Source: the human T2T-CHM13v2.0 reference genome, Homo sapiens
Length of the DNA stretch: 64,000 bases
NCBI RefSeq assembly: GCF_009914755.1
Contig: NC_060931.1
Strand: one strand, 5' to 3'
The position numbers and the translations under genes are program-made. Below, in pieces: positions 29,845-42,453 of the stretch (position 1 is its first letter; the number at the start of each line of letters is the position of its first letter). Below the pieces are notes generated by a model. That model had not been told where the DNA came from. It searched no databases and was given only the letters and a program-made list of their open reading frames with translations.

Positions 29845-32203
29845 GGGAATTCAACATGTTTTATTTTGCCAGGCCAATGATTTCATCAATATCCAATTAA
29901 ATTTTAGTGTGACAACTACATTTAGTTTGTTTTCTTACACAGATTGAACATTCACCATTATGACAGTTTCATCATGCTAAAATCTATTCACAAACTTACA
30001 CTTTGGAAAAAAGTGTATTTCTAGAAAATTTTATGTACAATACAAATGGAATAGATATTAAGTCACTGAATTGTCAAGCTACATAAAATAAAACCAATCA
30101 ACCACCAGTAGTATACATTAACAGCATTTTTGAAAAAAAATTTTCTTTTACATTCAGCAGAGTTATGTTCATGAAGAATTTCTACATTTTTAAAAGTAAT
30201 GAAAGTGTACACAATTTAATAATTGTGAAAATAGAAAGAATTAAATAGCACAAATATAGTATAAAACTAAACACCGTTACTGTCTATCAGTTTGGGCTTA
30301 TGTGAAATAAAGGGAACTGTGACTCTGAAACAATTTTACTTTTAACTTTGAGAATAGATTGGCCATAAACACAGAAGATGGTTTTGGCTTTACATTGACA
30401 CATTTCTGTGTGTCAATGTAGAAGAGAAAAGAAGTTTAATTATACCTTTTAAGCAGGCAAACCATTATAATAAACTGCTTTAGAAATTACTTTAAAATTA
30501 TACACATTTGGAACAACAGATTTTTTAAAAAATGAAGTTTGGTGTTATGTCAGCATTTTAACTATTTTTGCTATAGCGAGGCCTCCTCATATATTATCAT
30601 AATTTATCATAGTTTAAATAGTGAATCATATTCTGATATTCTGATTAATAATCATATTAATTTTGACAATGATTTTAGTTTTTGAAGTTTTAGACTGCAA
30701 TACTTAAAAAGGCCATAATCTACTTTAATTACCTTCATCATAGATTATTAACTATAAATAAAATGTTTATATGATATTTGGATTAGGTACATGGTACAAT
30801 ATCTGTTTTTACCTGGAAGCATGAAAATGTCTTAAAAGGTAAATAAAAAAGCAAAAGTAGTGTTTTTAAAATATATATGAGAGCATGAATAATTTTTTTC
30901 ACATTTTTCCATCTAATTTTTATTTGGAGAAAATAATTTCAGTATGAAATTATTCTAATAAAATTATTCTAACATACAATTAGGAGATAATTATTTTATT
31001 CATCACAAAATTTACTACTTTTACACTTAGAGACCAGTGAACGTATGTACCATTACCTTTTGAAAGACAGAATGTCTCCTCATATTGTTTTCTTACTTTC
31101 TAGACATAACAAGCACCTTGCCATCACACTGAAAAGATCATAAAATATATAGTGTTGACTTAAAAATCAGTATGATATCTGAGACTGGTTTTAATAAAAG
31201 GAAGAATCATTGAATTTGAGTACTGAAGTTGAAAACTAGCCATATTTGTTATAAATTCCTCTTAAAAAATTAGTAGTTTCTACTTTGATTTTTCTTTCTG
31301 ATGATTTCACCCCTTATTTAGAAGTCTAATACTTCAAATTTTTCCTTCTTATATTGTTTAATTTGCCACACAGACTAGGGAATAAGAGAACAAACAGTAA
31401 TAACTGAGTAGTGCAAGATTATATTCTTTGAGTCTAAAATAAATTAAATAACTTCCAAAAAAAGTAAGTGCTTTTGTTTGGAAGGTGATAACATAAGAAT
31501 ATAAACCAAACTGCTTCACTGATATAACTCCCACCAAATATCTTCATGGGGTAGGTTACTGATTTTTATCTTCCTGAATAAGGAAACAAAGGTCAGTGAC
31601 AGATACCAGTAACTGATTATTTTTACAATCTTAAAAAAACCCCAACATATTTCATTGGAACCATAAAAACTCATCATTTTCTCTTTATGAATAACTCGTG
31701 TTTTTATACAACTTTAAATGCCGTCTTCCTTTTCTATTTCTTTTGATAGCCATTCTGTCATATGCATTTATGACTTTTACTACGTAAAAGCTGTGGATTT
31801 GGAACTTGTTTTCATATACAAAATCACTGACAATTAGAATTCTAAAGCCCCAAAGCAGGAAAGGAATACCACAGGGATATGGCCCTCATTCAATTGAGGG
31901 ATGCAACAATTCTAGTTTTGCAGCCACCATATCGATTTTGAAGAAAAGGTGAATAAAGATATAAATAAAATCTGGGTTAAGTTAAATATATTTATATGCA
32001 CCATGAGGACCATGACATGTCTAGTGCTAGTCACTATCATACAAGAAAATGCATGCTCATTTCAGTTCGTGTAAAACTCACTTCAGGAGTAATCACCTTT
32101 TTCAGTAATTCCCCTTGGTAAAGCACAAGTTTCTTTGCTCAAAATTTGATCATTGAAGACAGAGCATTTGTTAATGGAAGCATAAGACCCACATAAGAAA
32201 ATA
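29845..32203 (-). other. SEMA3C: SEMA3C 3'UTR (~2.36 kb, AU-rich, no obvious repeats)
   Basis: Lies between the stop codon (32204-32206) and the polyA signal. Confidence 0.8.
29860..29865 (-). terminator. SEMA3C: Polyadenylation signal AATAAA of SEMA3C; cleavage ~29840-29848
   Basis: Minus strand GGCAAAATAAAACATGTTGAATTCCCCAG followed by U/GU-rich TTATGTTTCTAGCTTTTATTTT. Confidence 0.75.
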
Positions 32204-32617
32204 TTATGACTCTGGCAACTGATTCCTCCTGTTTCTACTTTTCCGACTATTGATGAGGGCCTTTAACTTGCCATAGTCCCCTCTCATTTTCTGTGATTCA
32301 TCTCCCTGCTGATGTTGCTGCCGAGTGTCTTTGCAGTATTGGTTAATCATCTGCATTTCTGAGTGGCTGAATGCCCCCATGATGTCCTTCGGGTGGAAGG
32401 GTAAAGCCCTCACAGAGCTGGCCCAGGTCCACGGGGACCATTTGTCCGTCACAACAGCCACCATTTCTGAATCTAAAACTTTGAAGTTGATCTTGGCTAT
32501 GGTCTGCTTGAAACTATTTTCTGTAGCAATGCAGTGATAAAGTCCTTGGTCAGAACCCTGAACAGAGCGGATCAGGAGTCCCTGTGAAGTGGCTATTATT
32601 CGTTCATTCAGCTTAAC
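32204..32617 (-). CDS. SEMA3C: Semaphorin-3C last coding exon (exon 18): Ig domain end, dimerisation Cys, basic tail
   Basis: Acceptor ctctctttTAG|GTT; VKLNERIIATSQGLLIRSVQGSDQGLYHCIATENSFKQTIAKINFKVLDSEMVAVVTDKW...QYCKD...RKSRNRRNQLPES*. Confidence 0.97.
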   Translation of the reverse strand, partial: VKLNERIIATSQGLLIRSVQGSDQGLYHCIATENSFKQTIAKINFKVLDSEMVAVVTDKWSPWTWASSVRALPFHPKDIMGAFSHSEMQMINQYCKDTRQQHQQGDESQKMRGDYGKLKALINSRKSRNRRNQLPES

Positions 32618-34027
32618 CTAAAAGAGAGACAAATTAAAGTTACTGAAACTGAACATTATATTTCCTTAGATTATGACCAACATACACAGAATAGTCTCAA
32701 CTTTCACAGATTTGGGAAAAAAGTATTGAGCACTACTTAGCATCCTTCTCAGTGGACATGAAATTTTGGTCAGTTCCATTGCCTTTTTTTTTTTTAAACA
32801 TGGGAGATCTTGTCACAGTCACAGGGGTATTGAATCTAATAGAGGGTGAAGATATTATCCATATCAGCAAAAATAGCTTAAAGTGCTTTCCCCTGGATAG
32901 ATGTTTCTCCATATATAAGCACAAAACTTTGGTTGCCTTTGAAATTGGAATCACAGTCAATATCTGTAAATGAAACTCATAGATACTTTAAAATATCTAT
33001 TCTATCCTGGTGTTCTAGTCTTTTATATTTATAAAAAATACTCGCCAGTGAAAACATGAAGCCACAATTAAAGGGTGAATTTTATCGTTTTGTTTCAATA
33101 AATGAATGGTCTTCTAAATAAAAAATACACAAGCAGAGGTAGAATTTTGAACATTATCAAGGGCCTTTTTCAATTATCCCAAAATAAACAATGTCTAAAA
33201 ATTAGCTGGAATGTCATCATCTTTTAAGTCCTCTAAGTGGTTTTACTTTACAAGGAAAGGTAATAAAAAGCTATGAATTAATATTTAATTACTTTATAGG
33301 TTTTACTGGAAAAAATGATTGTTTACTGGGTATCAGTAAATGCTTGAAACCTTCCTCACAGTTCCACCTGTAGTACTGCCAATGAATAGATAAAAACCTA
33401 AGTGGTAAGAGGTTCTTTGACATGTATACTCTAGAATACTCTTTCATTGAAGAAAAAATAAATCTGACCAAAACCAAAATTAGATAATGCACGTTAAATG
33501 TTTTCCTAAATGATAAAGTTCTGTGCAAATGGACAAGATATTACTAATAATATCTAAATCAAAGATGAATTGGTTTGTGCACAAAAAAAGCACAAAAAGG
33601 CAAGTATAGTATTAAAAGATAATAGAACAGAACTAGAAAAGAGAGAATCTCTTGGAGGAAGAAAACAAAATTTTGACATTAATTAATTTTACTAAGTTTA
33701 AATGTTCCTCAAAAACAAATTGTGTATAAACACATTCAGAAATTAAAGAAAGAAGAAATTTTATCCTATTTGTGCAAAATTGGGAAAATATTTTGAGTCC
33801 AATATGGTAAATCCATTAAACATGTATATAATATTTGGCACAATTACATTTTAGGAATTTAGACTATATACTCTCACATGTGTGCAGGTATTTTTGATAA
33901 GAGGAAAACAAGAAATTACCTAACAAATAGATGGCTTTGAAAAAAAACACTTAAGGTATATTCATACGATGGAATATTATGCAGCCAGGAAATATGAGCT
34001 GGAATCACATGTACTGATATTGAAGTG

Positions 34028-34030
<3 letters not shown>

Positions 34031-34070
<40 letters not shown>
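34031..34070. repeat. (TG)20 microsatellite
   Basis: Perfect dinucleotide run. Confidence 0.98.
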
Positions 34071-34071
<1 letters not shown>

Positions 34072-36222
34072 AGGGGAGGAAAACTATAGAACATATTTGG
34101 AGAAATATATAACTCTTGGGAACCTTACTCTGGGCAGTGGGAATAAAAACTGAGTAAGTTTTATTCCATAAGTATTAGTATTATTCAATAGATATTAAAA
34201 GTGAGAATAAGTATTGAAGTGGAGGAGGGCTTTCAGTTTTCACTTTATGCTACTTAGTATGAACTATCTGCCTTTGCTCTGTGAGCTTTTATCATTTGTC
34301 TTACTTAAAAAAATGATTAATGTTTACACAGTAGTATGAGTGAGAAGCATATGTTTTCTTAAAATAGAAAGGATCAGAATAAGTTTAGTAAAATATTAAT
34401 AGCTTAAAAATAAGTAAAATTGTGCTCTGCTTAAATTCTGAACAAAACAGACTTTCATACTTGTGTTAGAGCTAATGTTATTCCACTATTAAATTATTAC
34501 ATTCTTATGTTTTTGAGATTGGAAAAAAAGTCAAAATAGTAATATTTGAGTCTCCATATTCTTGAGCATTCTGAAACAGAACTTTGGAAATATTATTAGA
34601 GAGAATAAATCCTTAACACATTCCATTTTAAATTTTACTATTAATTTATATGGCAGATATTCAAACATATGTATTTATTTTAAATCATAGATGTTATATT
34701 CACTTATATATTATTCTATTGAACTTTCTACTGAATAAAAGAAAATTACATTTTAGTTGATCCTTGTTTAAGTATTACTTACCCAATTCACATATATACA
34801 TATAGGCTTTTTCTGGAAGGATTGTTCACGTCCTTGTGTTCCTGCCCTGGCCTAACAACTCACTTGTATATAGTAATCATCATCACTTATGACTTCTAAT
34901 GCAGCTTGCTCTGCAAGGTAATTATTATAATCCATATCCATTCAAAATAATTGAAAATTAATTTGACTCTAGAAATGTCAAGACTTCTTTGATAACAGAT
35001 TTTACAGCAAAGAAAAGAGATCTCAAATAAATAATAATTTTCATTATTAAAATCTTTCTAAAAGTATTGTTAGCATCTTAGGCTTTAGAAGAATGATGGG
35101 GCTCTGATGTCCATCTAGCTCATCTTTCCTCCAAATAATTCAGTTTCCTCCTGCAAGTAGTCATCTGCTTATGGTTTAATATTCCAGTAATGAGGGACAC
35201 ACAATTTCCTAAACAGCTCCTAAGATCTTTGGGTAGACAAGTCTGAGAGTCGGAGAGTATTTTTCCATATGAAACCAACATTTATTTCCGTAACACTGAT
35301 GCAGTATCTGTGTTCTACAGCTTAGGGTGGTACTCAGTCTACATACCCTTAATTAACTTAATATGTAATAACCAAATTGCCCACAACAGAAGAATACACA
35401 TAAATGCGGAAGGCTCCACTTCCCCCTTGGCTCCATCAACTTTATGCTGCACAAATGGTGGTACATTTTAGACTTCCCTAAGGCTTTATATATACATATA
35501 TATTTTTATCTTCTCATTTGTCAGGACAACATGACATCAATATTATGAAATTAGTTATTTACAAGGTATCACCCTATGTCATTTTACAATGTCTCCCTTA
35601 TTTAAAAAAACCCAGCTCTTTCTAATCCACGAAAAGTTTCAGTAAGTGTCTTTTTATTTGAAAATCTAAGGACTTTTTCCACATCACTAAATACAGACAA
35701 TGCTCCCATAAACAATGATTCCATATATTACCTAACCAAAGCACAAGAGTTATGAATAATAAAACAATGGAAACAGATTACCACACAGCAGAAAAACGCT
35801 CTTTGTCATGAAGGTTATAGTTCAGTGTAATTTCTTGCTGAGGAAAACTGAACTTTTTTTTAAAAGCCTCCTTTTATCTTGTGAATCACACAAAGGTGCC
35901 GTTGTGTGAAAACTTGGCTTCTGGATTTGCACACATCTTGTTTCTTTTACGAACGTTTCCTCACATCAATACTACCGTCTTAGCACCCAAGCTCTTGTTT
36001 CAATCACCATGTTACAGAGGTGAGCAGGCAGAGAGAATTCCTAATTAATCCATCAATTCTTAAGGACAAAGGATTTTAAGGAAAGTGGCACTTGTCATCC
36101 CAAAGACGTAAAAGATGATCATATGCCTTTCCTTTTTCCTTTGATCTGAGCCTCGCCGAGGGACAGTGATTTAATGTTCTCTCCGAAGCCCTGATGGATT
36201 GCTGCTGTGCTGCTTTACTCAC

Positions 36223-36353
36223 CTCTTTCCTCCTGTCTTTGTCTTTCTGTAACAGCCACTTGATAGATGCCTGCGGAGACTTGGGGGCACACTCCAGAAA
36301 AGTGGTGTTATTTTTTACTCCATACTGCACAATTTCAGCTGCATTTCTGTATG
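36223..36353 (-). CDS. SEMA3C: Semaphorin-3C exon 17 (Ig domain start)
   Basis: TAG|CATAC ... GAG|GTGAGT; 131 nt; (A)YRNAAEIVQYGVKNNTTFLECAPKSPQASIKWLLQKDKDRRKE. Confidence 0.97.
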
Positions 36354-36849
36354 CTAGCAGGCAAAAATAAAAGGCGAGAGAGAAAGAAAGAACACAACTG
36401 AATTTAGAGCACATTCTCCTGTAGAAATGCTATATACATGTTTATTTTTATACAAAATTGTGAACAACTATCGCAGCCAGCAAAAAACAGTGGTAATCAT
36501 TTAACAAGCAAAATAGGATACGTTGTTCACCCGTTTTGTTTGTGTAAGGGGAAGGAAAGACTGTGAATTAAGGCAATGTTGATAAGAAAATCATGTTTAT
36601 TCAAGAATTATTCCACACCAACAACTGTTCTTAATATTACTTTGTTGACTTAATTATTACAATACTCCTGGCCACATTTTCTCAGTTTTTCACAGCTGAG
36701 CAAACTGAGGCTGTGAGTTATGAGGAAATACACTTTAGTGAATGTGTCAGGCAATACCGAAGCCAGGTTTATCCCATTCCTAAAGTCCATACTCAATGTT
36801 ATATAGAGGAAATAGGTAAGCACTGGGAAAGGGCAGAAAGTATTGTGGC

Positions 36850-37210
36850 CTTGGTGGAATGTAGTGGTTGAGAACACTGTCTTTGGAATCAGAGGAACGT
36901 AGGGCAAAATCCTGACCTTACTACTACTGGCTGTGTAACCTCAGACAAGTTACTTGATGTCTCTGTGCTTTAGTTTTACTCTTCTCTAAAACATGGATTA
37001 TAGCATTTTTACATAGGTTTCTCAACGAAAGTATTAAATTAGGCAAAACATGTAGTATTGCCAGGTGGTAGCTTAGACATGGACAGAATCCTCACTAATA
37101 AAGCAGGAATAATAAGACTCTAGTATGGCTTCTTGAGCATTGAGTGAAATAATCATAAAAAAGCACTTAGCTCAGGTTCTGACACAAAGTCAGCATCAAT
37201 ATTTGTTTGA
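36850..37210 (+). mobile_element. MIR-derived sequence (two adjacent pieces)
   Basis: gtagtggttgagaac...tttggaatcaga...ggctgtgtaacctcagacaagttacttgatgtctctgtgctttagtt. Confidence 0.7.
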
Positions 37211-37643
37211 TGTTACCTCCACTGCCATTATTCTTACCACTATGACAACTACTACTATTAATGGGAACTGATACACTTTTATAAAATAGCAAATGGAGAA
37301 ATGGTAACTTGAATTTATTCCCTCAACTAGATGTATGGAACAAGTAAGCAAAATCTGTCTTAATTTGCTCTTTGCAGTTAGAATAGTTAGTAAAAAGAAT
37401 GCCATTTTTTACTAAAGGAAAGCACAGACTCAAAAGGATTAGAAATAGGAGTCTCACTGTTAATTTTTGAAACAGCACACCTGTAGCACCTTGACGAGCC
37501 ACAAGGAAGGTCTGCTTGGAAATACTTTTACTTGGTGGGACTGAGGCAGGAAAAGTATTGTAACATGGTAACTTCATGTCAGAATGGGAAGGAAGGAATT
37601 AGTTTAATTGAGGGACATAAAGCAGGATTGTCAACAGGCACTA

Positions 37644-37756
37644 TAGTACACCCATGTTCATAGCAGGATTCTCACTATATCCAAAAGATGGAAGCAAACC
37701 AAGTGGCCAGTGATGGATGAATGGATAAACAAAATATGGCTTACCTACATACATAC

Positions 37757-37842
<86 letters not shown>

Positions 37843-38238
37843 ACACACACATTATATATATGCACACATGATAAAATACAATTCATCCTTAAACATGAAG
37901 AAAATTGTAATATATTTTACAATATAAATGGACCTTGAAGACTTTAGGCTAAGTGAAATAAGCCAGTCACAAAAGGACAAATATTGTATAATTCCACCTA
38001 TATGAGGTATCTAGAGAAGTTGAATTCATAAGAATTCATAAAGAAGTAGAATGGTGGTTTCTAAGGGCTGGAGGGAAGAGGTAATGGTTAGGTGGTATTT
38101 AACGGGTCTAGTTTCAGTTGGGGAAGATGAAAAATATCCAGACGTGACTGGCAGTATGTTGCACAACAATGTAAATATGCTTAATGCCACAGAACTGTAA
38201 ACTTTAAAATGGTTAAAATAGTAAATTTTATGTTATGT
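37644..38238 (+). mobile_element. Old L1M (L1MA/MB-like) 3' fragment containing a compound microsatellite
   Basis: cccatgttcatagcagg...gatgaatggataaacaaaatatgg; ctaagtgaaataagccagtcacaaaaggacaaatattg; ttaaaatggttaaaatagtaaatttt. Confidence 0.85.
37761..37850. repeat. Compound (AT)18(AC)~20 microsatellite
   Basis: AT run 37761-37796 directly followed by AC run. Confidence 0.97.
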
Positions 38239-38603
38239 ATATTTACTGCAGTAAAAAAATGCTGTTCTAAGGGTTCTTCAGTGGTAAATCTTAAAATGGA
38301 AAATAGGTTTTCTTCAGAAAGAAAATAGTAGCTAAGAAAATCTGTAATTACGATCTGCGAGAAAGACCTACCAGCTAACATACTTGAAGTATGCGTGTTC
38401 CCAGACATTTGTTTTACACGATTCTCAGTATACATACAAAAAGCCTTTAAGTTTTAATTACCCTATATAAATACCCAGAATTGTTATAATAAATATTTTT
38501 GAAAGTGAAACGCCTGAATCTATGACAATGTTTCCCCTTACTGAAATGTGATACGGAGCATTGCTACTGTTCACTGAGATTGGCCATTGCTCACTTTTAA
38601 TAC

Positions 38604-38671
38604 CTTTTAGATTAAATCCTCTGCATTGAGTCAGTGGGTTTCCATGTCTCACATCTTGTCTTCGGCTCCTC
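38604..38671 (-). CDS. SEMA3C: Semaphorin-3C exon 16 (furin site RSRR, end of PSI region)
   Basis: CAG|GAGGAGC ... AAAG|GTATTA; 68 nt; (R)RSRRQDVRHGNPLTQCRGFNLK. Confidence 0.96.
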
Positions 38672-39219
38672 CTGCAAGTGCAGAAATACATAAAAGTGAC
38701 TGAGAATTATCACTGCCAATTACACCACTCTTAAAACACTGTAATTTTAAACTTTGCACCCTTTTTATTGCTAAGCTTTCATAAAATTTTTTAAAAAGAG
38801 TTCTGATTGATGCAGCTATCTCACATTTCTTATACAATTTATCAATAATGAGGGGGGGTACTTATCTTTGCTTTTCAATCTGAGTAAGTTTTCCCATCTA
38901 CCATTCATGATGAAATGGCTATGAATCGCCTGCTGCATGCATATCCTGAGTAAATGCTACCTTCTCTAATTAATAGTGTAAATTTTTAGTTTAGAGAAAT
39001 TCAGCCTAAATTTTCTAAAACAATAACATCCAAAGTATAAACTCCGTAGCATTTTCCTTTTTATAATAGCTTGTCTTAAATAAACATACTTGTTTCTTAC
39101 AAAAGTCAATGTTTTCTGTTTCTAGATATATTAAAACTTTTCTGAAACAAGCAATAGAGATAAAAATAGGGACATTTAATAAAAAGTTAATTTCATTTAC
39201 TAGAATAAGCATGTTGTCC

Positions 39220-39635
39220 CCAACTTTTTATTTTGAAAATTTCAAGTCTACAGAAAAGTACAGATATGAGTAAAATGAATACTGGTATACCTAGATTCAC
39301 AAATTGTTATATTTTGCCACATTAATTTCTTTCTCTCTCACATGCAAATATATATCATGTATATGCTGTGGATCCACACCTATGAAAGCCTTTAGAAAAT
39401 AAGTTACAGATACAATAATGCTTCACCCGTAAGTGCTTTAGCATGTGTTTTTCAACGACAATATTTCAACATAACAATATAATTATCTAAATATATTGAT
39501 ATTTAACAACATAATCTAATGCATATTCTATATTAAAATTTCTCTAGTTGTTCCCAAAATATCTCTTATGGATTTAAGTTAACCAGCTTCCAGTCAAGTT
39601 TCATCCTTTGCATTTAGTTGTTACGTATTATTAGC
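39220..39635 (-). mobile_element. Old L1MC-like 3' fragment
   Basis: ttttattttgaaaatttcaagtctacagaaaagt...cctagattcacaaattgtta...gcatttagttgttacgt. Confidence 0.6.
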
Positions 39636-39664
39636 TTAAGCATTTCAAAAATTTAGTTACATTG

Positions 39665-39968
39665 GGCCAGGTGCGGTGGCTCACGCCTGTAATCCCAGCA
39701 CTTTGGGAGGCTGAGGTGGGCGGATCATGAGGTCAGGAGTTTGAAATCAGCCTGGCCAACACAGTAAAACCCCGTCTCTACTAAAAATACAAAAATTAGC
39801 TGGGCATGGTGGTGCATGGTAGCATGGTGGTCCCAGCTATTCAGGATGCTGAGGCAGGAGAATCGCTTGAACCCAGGAGGTGGAGGTTGTGGTGAGCTGA
39901 GATCACGCCACTGCACTCCAGCCTGGGTCACAGGGTGAGACTCCATCTCAAAAAAAAAAAAAAAAAAT
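39665..39968 (+). mobile_element. Alu (AluS)
   Basis: ggccaggtgcggtggctcacgcc ... A tail. Confidence 0.96.
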
Positions 39969-41260
39969 ACAATATTTGCAAACTGGTCATTATTTAAATA
40001 AGTTCTAAGTTGTATTCAAATTATTTAATTTCGTGAGTCTTAGATTCACTAAGTACCTGACTTTCAGTGGTATTATGTAGTCTAAGAAGTCGACGTAGAG
40101 CAGCTGCAATCCTCTGAGCATCACACATTGTTAAAAGTCAGAAGGTGACTCTTTAAATATTGTGAATACCAGCCTAAATCGATTGCTTACTATCAACACC
40201 GAAAAGTATACTCGAGTGAGCATATCACTTAATTGGGTTAAATGCTAAGTCTTTCTTCATACTTTTAAAGATAAAATATTCAGCAAGAACAGAAATATTA
40301 AAAGCACACAGTAGATATTAAACTTACAAAGAAAAATTAATCACAAAGTCATTGATAGTGAAAAAAAGCTCATTTTCTAGCTAAAGAAAACACTACTTCA
40401 TGTACACAATGGACTGTAGAAATCTACTTATGGTAGAATAGGTATAAAATTTTGTACCACCTAAGTATTCCTTTTCCAAAGTCACGTGACCCGTACCGAT
40501 TGTGTATTTCTGTACACACGAAAACAGTGAAAGTGTTAGCCACTTTCATCTCAGGAAATATGATTAATATGGTAGTGTATTCTAGAATAGCTCGCATATC
40601 AAGTTTTTACTGCATAACATTTGCTATATTTTGAAGTCCAGCATTATTTTCCTACAGCCAACTTCTGAGTATATATTATATGAGCATCATGAGAGCGTTT
40701 TCAGCCATCTAGGCAAGCAATATCATCCACAATGGCTAAATTTATTGTCCTGTGATCAACACTATGTAATGGTTTATTCATGTATACAAACTCTCAAGCT
40801 GGGCAATCTCAATTTACAGTATCACATAGCTTCTAGACATTGAAATGCAGAAAAAAACATTGTTATGGCTTGGCTTAAATCATGAGATCAGCAAGGCAGC
40901 CATCTGAGCATTTTTTATGTGTAGATTCCCTCCATGGCACTCACATAGCATCAAAAAAACATGCTGGTAGGCAGAGTAATATTGTATTGCATGTAGAACT
41001 TGGAATTTGGTTCAAGTTTCCCATGTTTCATCCACAACAGTAAATTCTTTTGGATAAACAATGAAATCATTTTTTATAGAAAAGACATTTATTTGAAAAT
41101 TGGTCTGATTATCTTGTCTTAATAAAGTTTCTAACTACTTGTCTGAATCCAGAACAAATACTGTTAGAGACTATACTGCAATATTTGATACAAATCCACA
41201 AATATTTAAGAGACTTGAGAGTGAAAATGAAAAAAATGCTTTTATTGTTTACTAGAGTTT

Positions 41261-41570
<310 letters not shown>

Positions 41571-42046
41571 TGTTTACTATAGTTTTTTTTAAAAACGGAG
41601 ACTATTGAGCCAATGATATTTACCAACTTCATTATGTCAAAGTATGGATTCCACCAATTTCCAAGTATAACTGTATTTCTCTGTTTGTACACAAAGAAAA
41701 TAGTTTTTTGCTTTTTATTTCTATGAAATCCTCTAAGTGATCTTCGTGTTTTGCTTAGAGAGTGGCATCAGCACAAAACTAGGTAAATTAACACTACTAA
41801 AGAAAATAAATGTGGAAAAGTACTCCAAATCCATTATCTTCAAAGGAAAATGAAAAACTCATATGGGAATTTACAAAATAGTTAATTCATTCACTAACAT
41901 GTTTTGTATTTACTATAAATACTTGCTTAACTAAGTTAGGACATAATTTGGAGAATGTAAATACCGTAGATATTTTTAGTGAAACTTCCAATATGCTAGT
42001 CAAAGATAAATACGGGTAGGCTCAGGCATATTTTTTATATATGTAG

Positions 42047-42453
<407 letters not shown>

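Noticed and set aside
30391-30420. Canonical iron-responsive element or pre-miRNA
   Set aside because: Loop is CAGAAA, not CAGUGN; no C bulge 5 bp from the loop; stem too short for a pre-miRNA
32325-32537. + strand ORFs overlapping SEMA3C exons (also 45677, 52312)
   Set aside because: Antisense shadows of real coding exons
40089-40216. SalI, ClaI and XhoI sites close together suggesting a synthetic insert
   Set aside because: Spread over ~125 bp of natural-looking DNA with no vector, tag or polylinker sequence
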